DNA of 61,556 nt, filler included, from Sphacelaria rigidula (lineage: Eukaryota), in the NCBI GenBank assembly GCA_964200075.2. It is 9 parts of 9 records of this genome, joined end to end, with 100 filler letters (N's around TTAATTAATTAA, not from the genome) between each part and the next. Parts side by side here need not be neighbours in the genome. Positions count along the whole stretch, not along the records: positions 41,107 to 47,856 come from CAXNAA020018261.1; positions 47,957 to 54,706 come from CAXNAA020018262.1; positions 54,807 to 61,556 come from CAXNAA020018263.1; 6 more parts are not named here. The stretch is one strand, 5' to 3'. Of this stretch, positions 47,453 through 61,136 are shown one piece after another (within the stretch, counting starts at the first letter, position 1; each line of letters starts with the position of its first letter). A model generated the notes under the pieces. It did no database searches, was not told where the DNA came from, and saw nothing but the letters and a program-made list of their open reading frames with translations. The position numbers were made by a program, and so were the translations under genes.

Positions 47453-49615
47453 TTAACACTGCTTGCAGGGCTGTGCACTGAAGGGGGCGACAGTTGTACT
47501 TAACGTTACAAAACGTGTTTCTCCGTTGCTGTATTCTACTTTCTGTATTGTGGTCGTGGTGTACGAAGTACAGGTTCTGCAAGCATGTTTTCTTTCTTTT
47601 GACCGGATCCCAACGCCTTGTTTGCTTGAGAAGACGTGCCTCATTTCTTTAGGTGATCTGAGAACAGCTGTAGTAAGTGCGGGTTGGTGAGAGGCCTCGC
47701 TGCCCAGGGGCCGAAATATATTTGTTGCAGAAACGAATCACGTACAAATACGAAGTAGTACATCAAAAGAATATCAATTTTGACGCACTTCGGAAAATAC
47801 GGTGACCTGCTGCACACGCCGATCAATACCTTCAAATAAGTTTGAAAATACACGACNNNNNNNNNNNNNNNNNNNNNNNNNNNNNNNNNNNNNNNNNNNN
47901 TTAATTAATTAANNNNNNNNNNNNNNNNNNNNNNNNNNNNNNNNNNNNNNNNNNNNCCAAGCAAAAAACAAAACAAGATCCCCCCCCCCCCCCCCCCCCC
48001 CGCCTCTTCCTCCGGACATCTCCCAGTACATGCAAGATGATACTTTCACCACCGGGGGGTGCGTCATCTGTTGAAGCGGCATCATTTTTCACGTCAAGCA
48101 CGAATGTAAGACCTGGACAATGACCAACTTTGCCGTTCCGAGGGATCACTTGAAAAGAAGTGGACGTTCATGGATCCGAAAAAAAACTCCTCCACTGTGA
48201 AAGCAGATAGAATAGCGGGTGTAACCGTTTCACCGCCAGGGTGGGCGCCGCCTGTTGGCACATCATTTCTCACTAAAAAACGACACATGGCCCCCAGTCA
48301 TGCCGTTGGAGGTTTGTAGGTACAGCGTGTGCAAGGCTACAGAGAAAGTTGGAGTATGCAATCCGTACTTTTCAAGTCAACCATCGGTGATTCCAGACTT
48401 ATACGGACTAGAACATTGCCCCACCCCCGCCGGCCCCCCCCCCCCGCGCACCGACACCACCCCAACGCCGCAACCCGCCCCACNNNNNNNNNNAAAAGGT
48501 GGGTTATTCACTCACCCTTTTTCACACCCACCCCCGGTCTTTCCCCTCTACAACCGCCCAAACCCCCCCCCCCCCCCCCCCCCCCCTCAAACGAGCCTGG
48601 TATAGCGAGAATCCGTCGTGCTCCGTCCCGACTTTGTAGGGGTGCAAGTTCAAAGGCCATCTGATTACGGCATGAAAGACCATGAGTATCTCCCCGTCTA
48701 AAATAGAAGAACCTTCATGCGACGAGTCGAACATATCACGGCGCTTCGCGCTCGGTGATTGATTGCGAGACCTGTCCGGCGAAAACCCGGCGTGCTCCGT
48801 CCCGGCTTTATAGGGATGCGAGGTCAATGGTGTGATGACTATAGCATCCCAGATCATGAGTACACTTCCCCCCCCCTCCCGCGCGCGTGCCAGGGAGAAG
48901 AAAGAGTCGACCAAGGAAAGCTGGTGGCGACCCAGTGAGCAAGGCCCAGTCATCTGCTGCTTGAAGAAAGAAGGATTTGCGTGAGATGTGTAAACGCTAG
49001 AGATAAGAGAGCATGGGTTGCGAAGAACGAAGAGAGGATAACATTGGTTTTTCACCAACGCACCTGAACACTGGCGATCATGTGAGGCAGAATCAAATAT
49101 TAGTCTCAAAAATACAAAAAAAAAAAATGTGCGAAAGTTTGTAGTCTGCGACACGATCAGACTTCGCCTTCTTCCTTCCCATGAGCATACGTGCTTGTAT
49201 ATGAGGCAAAATGTTACGAGTTAGACAGAACATATATAAAATACTCACCATCGTATAAAGATAACGTCACCAGAAAAACAGAACTACCCCCATTTTTTTT
49301 GGCGGAGATATAAAACAATTTTGATCGAGGGCAGAAGTATGAAATACAGTAGAAGGGTAAAAAAAAACGATGTAATAGAAGACAGCAGTAAAAGACAGGC
49401 AGAAGATAAGGGAGGAGCAAATTAAACAGTGGAAGAAGAAAATCAAGAATGCACACCCTGGACAAAAGATTCCACTGTCAAAACGTGTACTGGGTACAAT
49501 ATCGACTATTGCGTCTATTCCTTCAGACAATAGATTCCATACTGTGCACAGAACATTTTTTTACAATGGAATCTGTTGTCCAGGGTGTGGAAGAATGTAT
49601 ATTATATTAACTCAC

Positions 49616-52600
49616 CGTCGAACGTGTTGACAGGCGAACCTACGTCGCCCTCCGGAAGCGTCAGCGTCAACAACACGTTCCTCGGCTTCCCTCGGCGAGG
49701 GTACTTGGTCGCGGAAATGCCGGGGCCACTTATCATCTTTTCAAACAAGGCTTCTCGTTCCTGACCAACAGGAACACAACCGATGGATTGGGAGGGGGAG
49801 AGGGAGAGGGAGGGGGCACAAGCAAGACTCAATTTTTTTTTCCACAAAACAGTACAACTTTGGAGCGCAGAGCACCAGAACAAGTGCTGTCGGCGAAACA
49901 TGACAGTGACTTCGCACCCTGGACAATATATTGCATCGTCAAAAAGTGTACTGTGTACAGTATAGAGCATATTGTCTATTGGAACAGACGCAATAGTCTA
50001 TACTGTACGCAGTACACTTCTTGATAATGTAATCTGTTGTCGAGGGTGCGGACTTCACAAACAGCGGTTCGGCTGACGACAAAAGCCGCTCACCAGCCCG
50101 CACATGGCCGGAGGCCCAGATCAAACCGATAATGAATATGCGCCAATCCCCCCACCGGTCCTCACCCTCCAAGCAGAAATCCGAACGAGCGGAGGATGAC
50201 CTCACACGTGAACATACCTCACGTAGGACAAGTGGGTACGAGATCAAAGACGGACAGGGAAACCAACCAACACCGGGAAAAAAATACATTTGCCGACAAC
50301 AACTCATCATTGCTCCCCTACTCCCCTCCTCTCTTTACCCTCCTTTCCACGTAAGCGGAACAACGCATTGGTACACACGCAAACCTCGAAACAAACCTAT
50401 GAAACACACGAGGGAAAAAAACGCTACAAAATTGTGTCATCAGCAAATGCATTTCGCAATACCCACCCAATAGTCGCATACATGATGTCATGTTGATCGT
50501 CATGGATAGCTGAAGAGTGTGACATCGCCAGATTTGTGTGTGAGGCCATAGTGGTAGTGCTACGGACGAAAAGTCGTATCGACCAATCAGCGCCCGTCAA
50601 ATTGTTCCGAGATAAAAATTACGAATTCCGAGCCCATTTTTCACCCACTTTCCATATGTTTCAAATCCTTGTAACCGTTACCGGCTCGGCACTCTAACGA
50701 AAAAAATATATATTTGAAAACGGTTACTACGGGGTCAAATTATACCCCAAACCGCGATGTTCCGGTGATGTCGGGTGTTGGCGTCGTCTGATTTTCACTT
50801 ACGATACGCACGAGAGACCCAGGGAGCCTCGGTGTCACCTATATCTATTGTAAAAAAGCTCAGATTGCCCTCTTCAGACTTGGCAGTTCCGTAGGTATTG
50901 ATGTTCCTAATGGAAGATTTTATTTTTGACAATATTAGATGGTTTCTCCGTTCTCTCTTGGCTTCTGGGGTCCCGGTATGAAGACCCCCGGAAGGCAGTA
51001 CAGAATGCCCCAAAATAAAAAAGAATAAATGATGCGTCCCGGGATAGTCCAAGGAACACACGTACAAAGTTTGGTGCAGAAACTCGAAAAGCCCATACAA
51101 TTTCTCTTGCCTTGACGTAAATTTCACCCAAGAAGACTTTTCCACACTGAAACCAAGTAGTTAGGATTTGCACGTTTCAAGCCCACGTCATCCACAAACG
51201 CGCAAGCCTTCACGCCGTTATTAGGAGTTAGACCCCAAAGCTTTGCACATATATGATATGTGTCGTTACGCATCTTTCTATGGACGAGGTTTTTTTACTT
51301 CTCGAGTTTTTCACCGTCTTTCGGGATTCCAACGGGATCCAAGTCGTTTTTCGAACAAGTATCTATTCTGGGACCCCGTAAAACCGGCAAAACGATTTCT
51401 GCGATTTTTTCGTGAACGAGCTGTCGCCGCATAACCTAACGAAGGGCCCTACAATTTTTCGCCACAAAACTCGATCAACTGGTATTTGAATTTCCATGTT
51501 CACGTCAAATAATGCCCCGGAACACCGTTTTCGTACAAAAATCAAGTAGTTTGCGGTTTCACCGCGGCACGTCCAAGTTTATCGCACAAAAGCAAAAAAC
51601 CTGACGCCGTTTGAAGGAGATAGACCCTGAAATTTTGCACAACTATGCTATGGGTCACAACGCAACTTTGGATGAACGAGGTTTTTCTTAGTTTTCTTCA
51701 TTCACGTTTTACGGGGGTCCGATAGGATTGATGTTTCCCCGAGGAAACTGGGACCCCTGAAAAACGGTGGAGAAAATCAAAAAGTCCAGAACCCTCCATC
51801 TTCGAAAGTTGCGAAATGCCCTAGAGAACATCTATGCAAAATTGCAGGGTCCAACTCCTGAAAACGGCATGAGGTTTTGCCGATGAGTGTTGTTTGGGTG
51901 ATGAGCCTGAACCAGCCTGAAGTAAAAAAACAAACCCAACCAACATGCGCCACCCGCAACACATACCTTCACATATCGAAGCATCTCCTCCCCTGGCTGA
52001 CGATCGAAAAAGCTGAACACTTGCAACAGACCCCCGCCGCCCCCGCCCCCATTTCTCGGCGCAGCCCTCGCTATATCTCTCGTCACCACTCCACTCCCAC
52101 TCTTCAGGGCCGAGAACTCCAAATCCGCATACCCAGCATCACTGTCGGCATTCCCAATGTCGCTCGTATTGATTCCCCTGCTGCTCACGGTAAAGCCCGC
52201 GTCGCTCGCGGTACCGCACATGTCGCTCCCGCAATACAACATGTCGCGTGTGGTAAAAACTACCTCGCTAGCTCCGTCCTCGGGAGGCGAACTAGGACTT
52301 CCGAATCGGGATTCAGCTTCCGTTACTTCCGTGTCTCCGTCCGTCCCAATGCTTCCGCCGACATCGCCAGAGCTTGCGCAGCAGTGATGTCGGCCCCCGG
52401 TAGGGTCAGTAGCGAACGAAGGTCGTGTTCGCTCCTTGTTTCTGGTCCCGGCGCTGATTGCGCACGCAAATGTGCGAGAGGGTGGAGGGAGGGCAGGCAG
52501 GCGGGCGGGCGGGCCGAGGAGGGGAGGGGCCGGAGGGGGAGGGTGTACTCATTATCTTTAATGCCATAGTAATATGGCTATTGACCTCGCCTTCCTACAA

Positions 52601-54350
52601 CACCTGGGCGGAGCACGCCGGGTTTTGGCCGGACCCGGCTCGCAATCAATCACCAAGCGCGAAGCGCCGTGGTGTATTCGGCGAGTCGCACGAAGGGTGA
52701 GCTACATCCTCCTGAGATTGTTCGGTCCGAAGCATACTGATCATCCTGCCTTCGGATGGCAACGTCACATGAGTTTCTTCATTTTGTGATCTCGCCACTT
52801 TCAGAGACCGTCACGGGTTACACTGCCTCATGGGTGTCTCACCATTTCAACGCTACTACGTAGTATAAGCATACCCCTTGCACGGCATTGAGGTTATCTA
52901 CGCCCGCACAGTACGATTCAAATCGACCATCATGATTCACGCACTAAAAACGGAAGCGGGAAAAAAACAGCGGAGATCTGTTTGACTAGCTTACGTCGCG
53001 AGTCGCGTGTCTTCCAGTGTTTTTGCCAACCGGCACAAACCCTCAGGGAGGGGCGGGGAACTTGTCGCAACACAGTGCAGATAGTACCAATAGAGTGCGT
53101 TCCAACGAATTCACATCCGATGCAAAATTTTGGTTCGGTGCACGTTGATGTATAGAACGTAATTTGGAGACATGTTTCTACTTCCGCCGCGATCAGGTGA
53201 AAACACAGAAACGATTGAGTATTATGATACCATCCTCGGAATACGTGAAGGGTGATACGGGGAGGAGAGGTGCTCTTGCCTGCGACTCGTTCCCAGGAGC
53301 TGCGGCTGAGCTGGCTCTACGTGCTTCACCACAAGATCAATCCTGCGCCGATCCCGCTGCTTCGTATCCGGTAGTTCCCGGTCCAGGTGAGCTACCGCGC
53401 GGTCGCTCGTCTCCAGTTTCTCCGTGGCAACACTAGCAATAGGAGCAGGAGCCATGACACCTTCAGTCCCGCCCGTAGGCACGTTCACCCTGACTCCACT
53501 GGCGACGGATATTTTCCGCACCCTGTCGTACTTGTCCTCCACAACGATTCGGGTATCATCAGGAGGTGCCGCCGCTGGCACCTCCGCCGATCCTACAAAA
53601 ACAGAATCGACGTCCTGCGGCAGCACCGGTACAGATATCGATCGCCGGTGGCGGGTCGCCTCATCGACGCTGTCCTGGGCTCGTCGGCGTACCTCATTCT
53701 CCGTCTCCGACGCCGTCGAGTGTGTGTCGAAATCTCCGGCGATGGCCGGCACAGGAGAAGTGATCACAATGCCACCGTCACTAGGCTGCGAATTTTTTCC
53801 GTCACCGCCACCACCACCGCCACCACCGGTTGGACAGTGCTGGTCTCCTGCCGCCGTCACCCGCACCGCGCGTGCCGCTTTTTCAGCTTGTTGCAATTTA
53901 TGGACCGCCTGCCGTACAGTTCCCGGCGCTATTGCCAGAACTTCGGACCACACGCCGTCTCTGGCCATCCCGGCCCTCGGCATCGAGTTACTACGCCTTC
54001 TCCCAAAACCCTCAGCCTCCGCCTGTCTGTCCCGTGTATTCGCATTCGTCTCCGCTGCCACGGTAGTCGTTGTGGACAGGAGCGCATTCTGTCCAGTTGG
54101 ACGCAAAAGCCCATCCCCATCCTCTTCGCTGCCGAAGCCGAAGCCCATCGTCTCGGCCGGCCGCCTAGTTTCCGTGGACGGTGATGTTGCTACCCCTCCT
54201 CCTCCTCCTCCTGCTGCTGCTGTCGGGGCGGGGTCTTCCGGCGACGCCGGTAACTCAAGTTCACTTGCGACGATTGGGCACTGCATGGGCGATAATTCAG
54301 CGCAAGATTTCTCGGCTGCCGACGCTGTTGCACACAAGAACTCGAACGCT
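49616..54350 (-). CDS. Unknown multi-exon protein, low-complexity with a possible PH-like segment; candidate exons ~54350-53231, 52453-51967, 49760-49616
   Basis: Long GC-rich open frames with AG/GT boundaries. The 52453-51967 and 49760-49616 exons join in phase (...EMLRYVK|EREALFEKMISGPGISATKYPRRGKPRNVLLTL). The phase between the first two exons does not match, so an intervening exon or different donor is needed. Confidence 0.5.
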
Positions 54351-54924
54351 TGAGACTGAACAAAAACCGATGAGTGATCGCAACGAAATGGGGAAACAGG
54401 ACAGTTATTTATTTGTCCAGCTACAGCTGTACGGCAGCGGCAGCGGGGGGTCTCGTACCTAAACCTGTAAGTAGGGGGGTTCTCTTGGTTCAATTCTTGT
54501 CGGTGAAGTAATGAAAAAATTGGACAAAAACCCGGCTATGTCAATATTAAAATCAAATTTCCGTACGTCGGTCGTCCTCGTTTGCTGCACACTATGCAAA
54601 GAACAAACAAGAATACCTCAAGCTTTCAAGGGTCGGACGAATCAATGATTCGTCTGGAAATTACTTGTTTTTAGTGTAATTGATTCGAATCGTACGAATC
54701 AATCCCNNNNNNNNNNNNNNNNNNNNNNNNNNNNNNNNNNNNNNNNNNNNTTAATTAATTAANNNNNNNNNNNNNNNNNNNNNNNNNNNNNNNNNNNNNN
54801 NNNNNNAGTCGTTTGTAATTTCTACCAAACTAATAAAAAAACAAAAGCCCTTCCCCCCCCCCCCCCCCCCCCCACTCCACCCCCGTAGTTGCGTAGACCA
54901 TGTGTACACACTATTATAAATGAG

Positions 54925-55800
54925 ATTATTCAGGGTAGGAAAGATATCGGGCTGACAACGTAATGTTTCTTTCTGGAAGTGCAAAAGGCTCATGACACAG
55001 TATGGAGATAAGGGTTGTGAAAAAAAAGAAGTGGAAAGCTAGGATCAGAGGAAAGATGTGGAGAATGATGAAGATGACAAAATGTGCCAAAAGTGCCATG
55101 GTGCTAGAAGGAGAAATATCGAAATAATTTGATATTTTACAAGGAGTTGCACAAAGATGTAAGTTATCAGCCACTTTGTTCAAGGTATTTATTGATGACC
55201 TGATATTAGCAACGCAAGCAGCGAAGCAAGGGGTCAAGGTAGGTAAAGACGTGGTATCAGGATTGATGTTTGTGGATGATTTCGTGGAGATTTCAGAAAC
55301 ATCAGAAGGACTACAGACACAGATAGACAAGGCGCTAGGATACACTAGGAAATGGAGAGTGACAGCGAACATTAGCAAATGCGCGGTACTCGTCTGCAAC
55401 GAAGATAAGAAAAATCTGGTATAGTTCAAATGGAAGTGGGAAAAAGAGATGTTGCGGATCGTAGACCAGTATAAATACCTTGGCTAGAGATATTAGAAAA
55501 CTGTTCTTGGGATGCACACATGAACGAAGTAATAGAAAAGGGTAAGGCACAGATGGGCAGGATAAACGTGATCCTCGGAGATTCGCACCTAGACACTAGG
55601 ATCAAGAAATGTATCCTGATAAACGTGATCGTACCAAAGCTAGAATATGCAGGAGAAGTATGGGAGGGGAACGTGAAGTTGGTGAAGGAGTTGGAAACAG
55701 TACAGATGGCAGCAGCCAAGAAGACATCTGGATGCTCGAAAACGACGAGTAATACAGTATCGATTGAGAGCAGAGCTGGGAATGTACTCACTTCAAACAA
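54925..55800 (+). mobile_element. Degenerate non-LTR retrotransposon (RTEX-like LINE), reverse transcriptase fragment
   Basis: KAHDTVW, GVAQRCKLSATLFKVFIDDL, LMFVDDF (YADD-type), KWRVTANISKC, YKYLG and ETVQMAAAKK..GCSKTTSN..RAELGMYSL, with several stops and frameshifts. Confidence 0.88.
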
Positions 55801-56942
55801 CTTCACTCTACTTGGACAGCAACAGCGCCTGCCAAATATCAACATGTGTGTGTAGAGAGATCGTACACGTTTCGCAGTGTGCAACGTGCGCCATTAGGCA
55901 GTGCAAGTTGAGTTCTATACGATCGCGGTTCGAAATAACAGAACGGCATACTACTATCAGACTTGCACGGTTTTCCGCCTTCTACGATTTGCGGAAGGAC
56001 TGAGCCAAATTTCTGTGAGATCGCAGTTGTAGAGGTGACCAATAACCACGACAATAATATACTTGAAGTGAAAACGGAACCCTGGAGCACGGTCCAACCG
56101 GTGATGAGAGACAGCTCGGAACTAGGACAATAATTTACATGTGCCGCGGATTATCATATACGTATTCAGCTTGTCTATATCATCAATTTTCCCTAACTTC
56201 GTTATTTGGGTTTGGAAAGCAGTCGGAGAAGCCGTGTGTCGTCGAGCATCATGACTCATTAGTGGATGATCTGCAGCATGCGCTTCATTTTTCTGCATCG
56301 TTTCACGCATCGATCCCATTTTTACTCCTAGTCAAGTCGCGCTCATGCTTGCCTGATGAATCTCATCCATGGGCGAGGTATGAACGTGTCGTGCTCCCTT
56401 GCGTACCACCGTAGAACCACGTCGTGCTCCAGTAGAATGGGTTGTTTCGCTATAGATGCTTCATTGAAGTAACGCAAAAAAATACATACGCTGTTTTCTT
56501 GCTCGTGGATCGGGTAGCAAGGACGAGAAGGGTCGTGTGTCCCTTCTCCCCCAAGGCCTGCTGCATGCTACCACGACTCTCCACAAACCAAGTCAGTGAA
56601 CTCCAATCGGCATTGCATCATCCACATTTCAGGGGCTACAGCATGCATACACACACATATTTGCTACGTACACACACAACCGCGTTACAAAATATTTGGG
56701 ACAGCGGGGGAGAGATGAGCGGAAGCCGATCATGTGTGGGTAGAGGAACGGTGGGTCTCCGTTTTCTCCCGCCGATAAGCCCCTTTTCCCCCTGGGTATG
56801 ACAGACTTCAACGGTGATTCGTCGCAACCATCGTTTCGTGCTGTATTCTTCAGGGGGTACGCGTTTCGAGAAACGTTTCAAAGTGCGGGATTTTGTGAGC
56901 TTTCTAAGAACGACGAAAGGCAGTAGGAAACTATTGATACTT

Positions 56943-57187
56943 GAGTCATCCTACGATAGGGGGGGGGGGTATTTTGGACCATTTGTTGCTCGAAATTTTG
57001 AGTCAGATCGTCGTTGACAGCAGCAACGGTTGTTCGAACAAGGTTGTTGTGGATCAATAAAGCTCATCCATACTGCCTGACACCGTTTGGAACCACATAC
57101 AAGCGCAACGTAAGTGTGGAAGGATGTCTGATGTGCCTCTTTTTTCGTGCAACCGAATACCCCCCCCCCCCTATCGTAGGATGACTC
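56943..57187. mobile_element. 245-nt MITE with GAG termini and a 4-bp TSD (Sola-like)
   Basis: ACTT|GAGTCATCCTACGATAGGGGGGGGGGG...CCCCCCCCCCTATCGTAGGATGACTC|ACTT. Confidence 0.85.
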
Positions 57188-57393
57188 ACTTGAACACGAC
57201 ATAATACTCGTTACGGTTTTTCACACGCTACACTGTTCCTCTCTTTTCTGAAACGAAGAAACTTGGCCCGAACTTGTCATGCATGTTTCATGTTTTCTCG
57301 TTATGTGGTTCCATGATTTCTCACCATTCATGCTTGTACTTTCATCATGATTTCATACCGAGAAATTACTAGTAGTAGCAGTGCAATACTTAC

Positions 57394-57605
57394 CGGGGGT
57401 CTCCGTCTACATACGCCGCCCGGTTTCCGAACTCGTTGAGAGTCGTCTTGAATATTTTAATGGCAACATCCCTGCTCTGTCCCGACGGTTGCTCGGGATC
57501 TACGGGAGCGGCGGCATGGTAGACGTGCGCCTCTTTGCCTGTCTTGACCATGCCATGGACCTGCCCGACACAAACAAGGTGTTTGGTAGATTTGTCACGA
57601 GAGAC

Positions 57606-57638
<33 letters not shown>

Positions 57639-60600
57639 GCTCAAAGTTTTGCAGCAGACACAACGCGAAAACATGGCACTTCCAAAAGGCAACCGAAAGT
57701 TTCATTCCACAAACTGAGCAAGTAGGCTACATGAGCGCTTGAGTGGTATCTTATCCTTGGATGACAGACGGTGGATTGCACTGGAACAATATGAGGCAAC
57801 ACGTTTCTTCTTGTCTGAGAAGAGAGGTATCACGTTTTTTTAGTCGACGGGAACGTGAGGACCGGAATAGAAGGGGATATCCGACAAAAGGCATGCACCA
57901 GGGGGGGGGGGGGAGTACTTTTTGTTGCTTGCCTCATTAATAGTCGTTTGACCATTGACCACGCATTCGAAACGGAGGACCGTTCCTACTCCTAATAGAG
58001 ACACGTCCACCGGGGAAGCAAGGGGTTGATAACTTGACACTACGGACCTGTCCCGAGGAAGGGGAAGGGTTGAAACTATGACTACACACATGTATTCATG
58101 TATGCATATTTTGAGGTACATGTCATGAAAATGCCTCGACACGAAAGTTCCTGTATACCGCAGTTGAACAAAAAGAAGGAGGGTGGAAAGGAAAATTTAG
58201 CCATTCATGAATGAGTGCATGTATGGCCTTCCTTCTGTGTGACCCCGGCTGGTGCGCCCACATATACCGAAAGGTGTATGCCCGCGTCCAGAAGAGATGG
58301 GACGACAACACACACACGGATTCAGCAAACACTGAAACGACTGCGTGGTGGGTAATTCGTTCGGTGCTTGGCTGGTTGAAGTTGCAGTTGGTTGGTTTTT
58401 CAGTCATAAGCCATTTGGTAAATTTGGGAGCGACACGTATATATATATAATATATATATACATATATGTGTGCGTAGACTGCCATAGGGTGGAAATGATA
58501 TCATAACAACGGGAGACGCAATGAAACAAGAAAAAAAAAAATGCCGCCAACAGCATAGCTCACGACAAGGACAGAGAGAAATGGCAGTACATGAGAACCG
58601 AATCGAAGTCAAAGATGCGAAACCTACAGAGCAAGCATAACTCAAGTACCAAATCACCATGAAAATAAGTGATATTCGGCACAGCATGTAGCACACCACC
58701 CTCGAGCATGCCACAGACGCTACCAATGAGCCACCGACTACGACCAAGCCCGAACGCGGTGTTATACTCGTTTCTCTGACCGCGGGTCTGCGCGAATGAA
58801 ACTGATTATCATCAGCGCAGAAGACGAGTGCTTGGGATGCACCAAGGGGCCTCACAGACTGGAATACGTTATACACCACCCCCCCACCCCCTGCCCCCCC
58901 TAGAGGTGGTCGAGGATGAGAAAAATCGAAAAATGGTGTCCAAAAACCTTTTTCTTCCTGTTCCTTCGGAATGGAACGGTGCGCCCACCACCGCGATGCT
59001 GGCCTGTACCCGAGCAGCCCGAAACCGAGGAGTTTGGGAATACCACTTGTTCTAGCGGCCGCAGGGAAAAAAACTTGGCCGTTGGATGATGACTTTTCAG
59101 TCACGGTGACCGCTGGAAAATGGCTGTAGGGTAGGTGTTGTAGCAATGAGGCCGCGATACTGGAGAGGGCCGTGTATTCAAGACGTGAACCCGATGGTGT
59201 TCTGTTTGTCGGTCAAGGAAACTGTACCACGAGTTGTACGTGTTGCTGAGTGACACCAGAGGTATACACTACTATGAGGACTTGACTGTATAATTCCAAC
59301 CTGCAAAACAATATTCTGACAGTACTCCCATGGTATCAACCAATTGTAGATGATTCAAGGATGATCACCTGGTGCCCGCGTAGGCAGTGCCCGCGTTCAT
59401 ACAGCTGTGTCGAGGGGCAATCTCTTAAGGTCAGCATACTGAACAGTGACACAGGTAGAAGCGACAAATGAGAATCTCGTGAAGATGGTGTTGGTAAGGA
59501 AGTCAACAAGTCACAGTTCTGCATTCTTTATTCATGCTGGCATCATCTGTTCAAACAAATCCGGGTCTCACCACAACCACAGCTACGATTCCAGAACTTT
59601 TGACAGATTCATGTTTCGTGCCGCATGCTGTCGAGTCAATCATTACGAGAGGGTGCTGTTCCCACCCATAGCAATAGAGACTTGAACGTAGCATACACAA
59701 TCCTACCACCTGCCGTGCAACCGTAGCATACACAACATGTACACAAGCCTGGCACAAGCCGGGAAAAGCCGTTCATGCACGTACTGCACAGTACAGTACC
59801 TGATCAGGGGGTAACCACCCCTCCAAAGGTGGGTATCCCCCCCCCCCCCTCCCCCGTCGCCAAGAAAAATTTTTCGGGAATCGGGGGCGGTGTATAACGT
59901 ATTCCAGTCTGTAAGGCCCCTTGGATGCACGTAATGGTTCCACACCCTGGATAGTGATAATGTATTATCAATAGTTGCATAAAAGTAAATGTCAATATCC
60001 AGGTTGTGGATGGTTCGCAGCACCGGGTGAGTCATAACGCTTGTGCCAGCGGAGATATAAGAGAAGGGACACCAACTTCAAGGTCGTCTGCCTTAGAGCT
60101 GAATATAATCACATCATACAAATGAATCGCACAAGTGCACGATCTGCGGGTCTCATGACCGCGGGTCTGCGCGACTGAACTCGCGCATTCGTGGAAGGAA
60201 AAATATTTGAAAGAAGAAGAAAAAATACTGGAGTATATGATTCCGATCGGAGGTCTTGAGCTACAGACGCGGTCCGTTACCAAGAAAACATGTGGATGTA
60301 TCACAGGTTTGATCGTGTACACACACACACGTACAGCAAAACAAAATGGGAAGCGGAGCTCACTCGAAAGCCACGCGAGATATTATCATCCAAGAACATA
60401 CGACAATAACACCGTACATCACGATCATAATCGAGACATGAGTCAGCCTTGGTCAAATTCTCAATGTTTTTCTTACGAGTAGGCCGTGTCTGCATAGAAG
60501 CAAAGATATAGATGCATAGATACATCGAGGCATCGAGACATCGATGCGAAATTGAAAAATATGAAGAAGAAAAACAAAACACACTCGACCTTTCATTTCG

Positions 60601-60946
60601 ACGCACTTCCTCTAACGCCGCCCGGATCGCGCTGTGGCTCCCTGCTCGTGAATGCAGTCACACCTCGAGATAAAATAAAAAAAACGCAAACAAGAACAAA
60701 AAACGCACCTCTGCCAAAGTCCCTGCATTCACCATCTTGTACACCAACAGGCGTGTGTGGGTATCCATGACCCCCTCTTGGGTGGACCGCGTGGCCCCCT
60801 CTACCCTAGTACCGCCAGTCATGCCCTTCTCTTGCTTCTTTCGGATGTCCCTCTTCAGGCTGTTGTATGTGCGATTGTCGAGGCGTACACCTGCCGTAGA
60901 CAGATCTCCGACTCCGTCCAGCTTCGAGGCGTCTCGGGCATTCATC
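57394..60946 (-). CDS. RIO-family atypical Ser/Thr kinase, RIOK3-like motifs; exons 60946-60709 and 57560-57394
   Basis: In-phase join: ...RSTQEGVMDTHTRLLVYKMVNAGTLAE|VHGMVKTGKEAHVYHA...VAIKIFKTTLNEFGNRAAYVDGDPR. This contains the RIO winged-helix end, the TGKEAxVY P-loop and the AIKIFKT lysine. Confidence 0.9.
57901..58012 (-). repeat. 5'-truncated copy of the LINE 3' end with a C13 run (other copies: 1-77 +, 40740-40820 -, minimal 28786-28803 -)
   Basis: Aligns to 41172-41276 (CTCTATTAGGA.TAGGAACGGT.CTCCGT...GGTCAATGGTCAAACGAC...GCAAGCAACAAA..AGTAC.CCCC). Confidence 0.8.
58843..59923. mobile_element. 1.08-kb non-autonomous TIR element with a 7-bp TSD (P/hAT-like) in the RIO kinase intron
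   Basis: GATGCAC|CAAGGGGCCTCACAGACTGGAATACGTTATACACC...GGTGTATAACGTATTCCAGTCTGTAAGGCCCCTTG|GATGCAC. Confidence 0.85.
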
Positions 60947-61095
60947 CTGATCGGGGGTGAAGAAGGGGGGAGGGCGTCGCGTTCAGTGCCAGGAATACTT
61001 TTCTTCCGCGTATTGAGCGTGTTGGTGTGTGCGTTTACGGTTGGGGTGGGGCGTTTCAACTTGTATACGAATATTCAGTGGTTCCTTGACAGTGT

Positions 61096-61136
<41 letters not shown>

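Noticed and set aside
53387..54353. Plus-strand 265-aa and 309-aa ORFs (also 51877-52569, 27522-28151, 60737-61360)
   Set aside because: They are antisense shadows of minus-strand exons or repeats and show no recognisable motifs.
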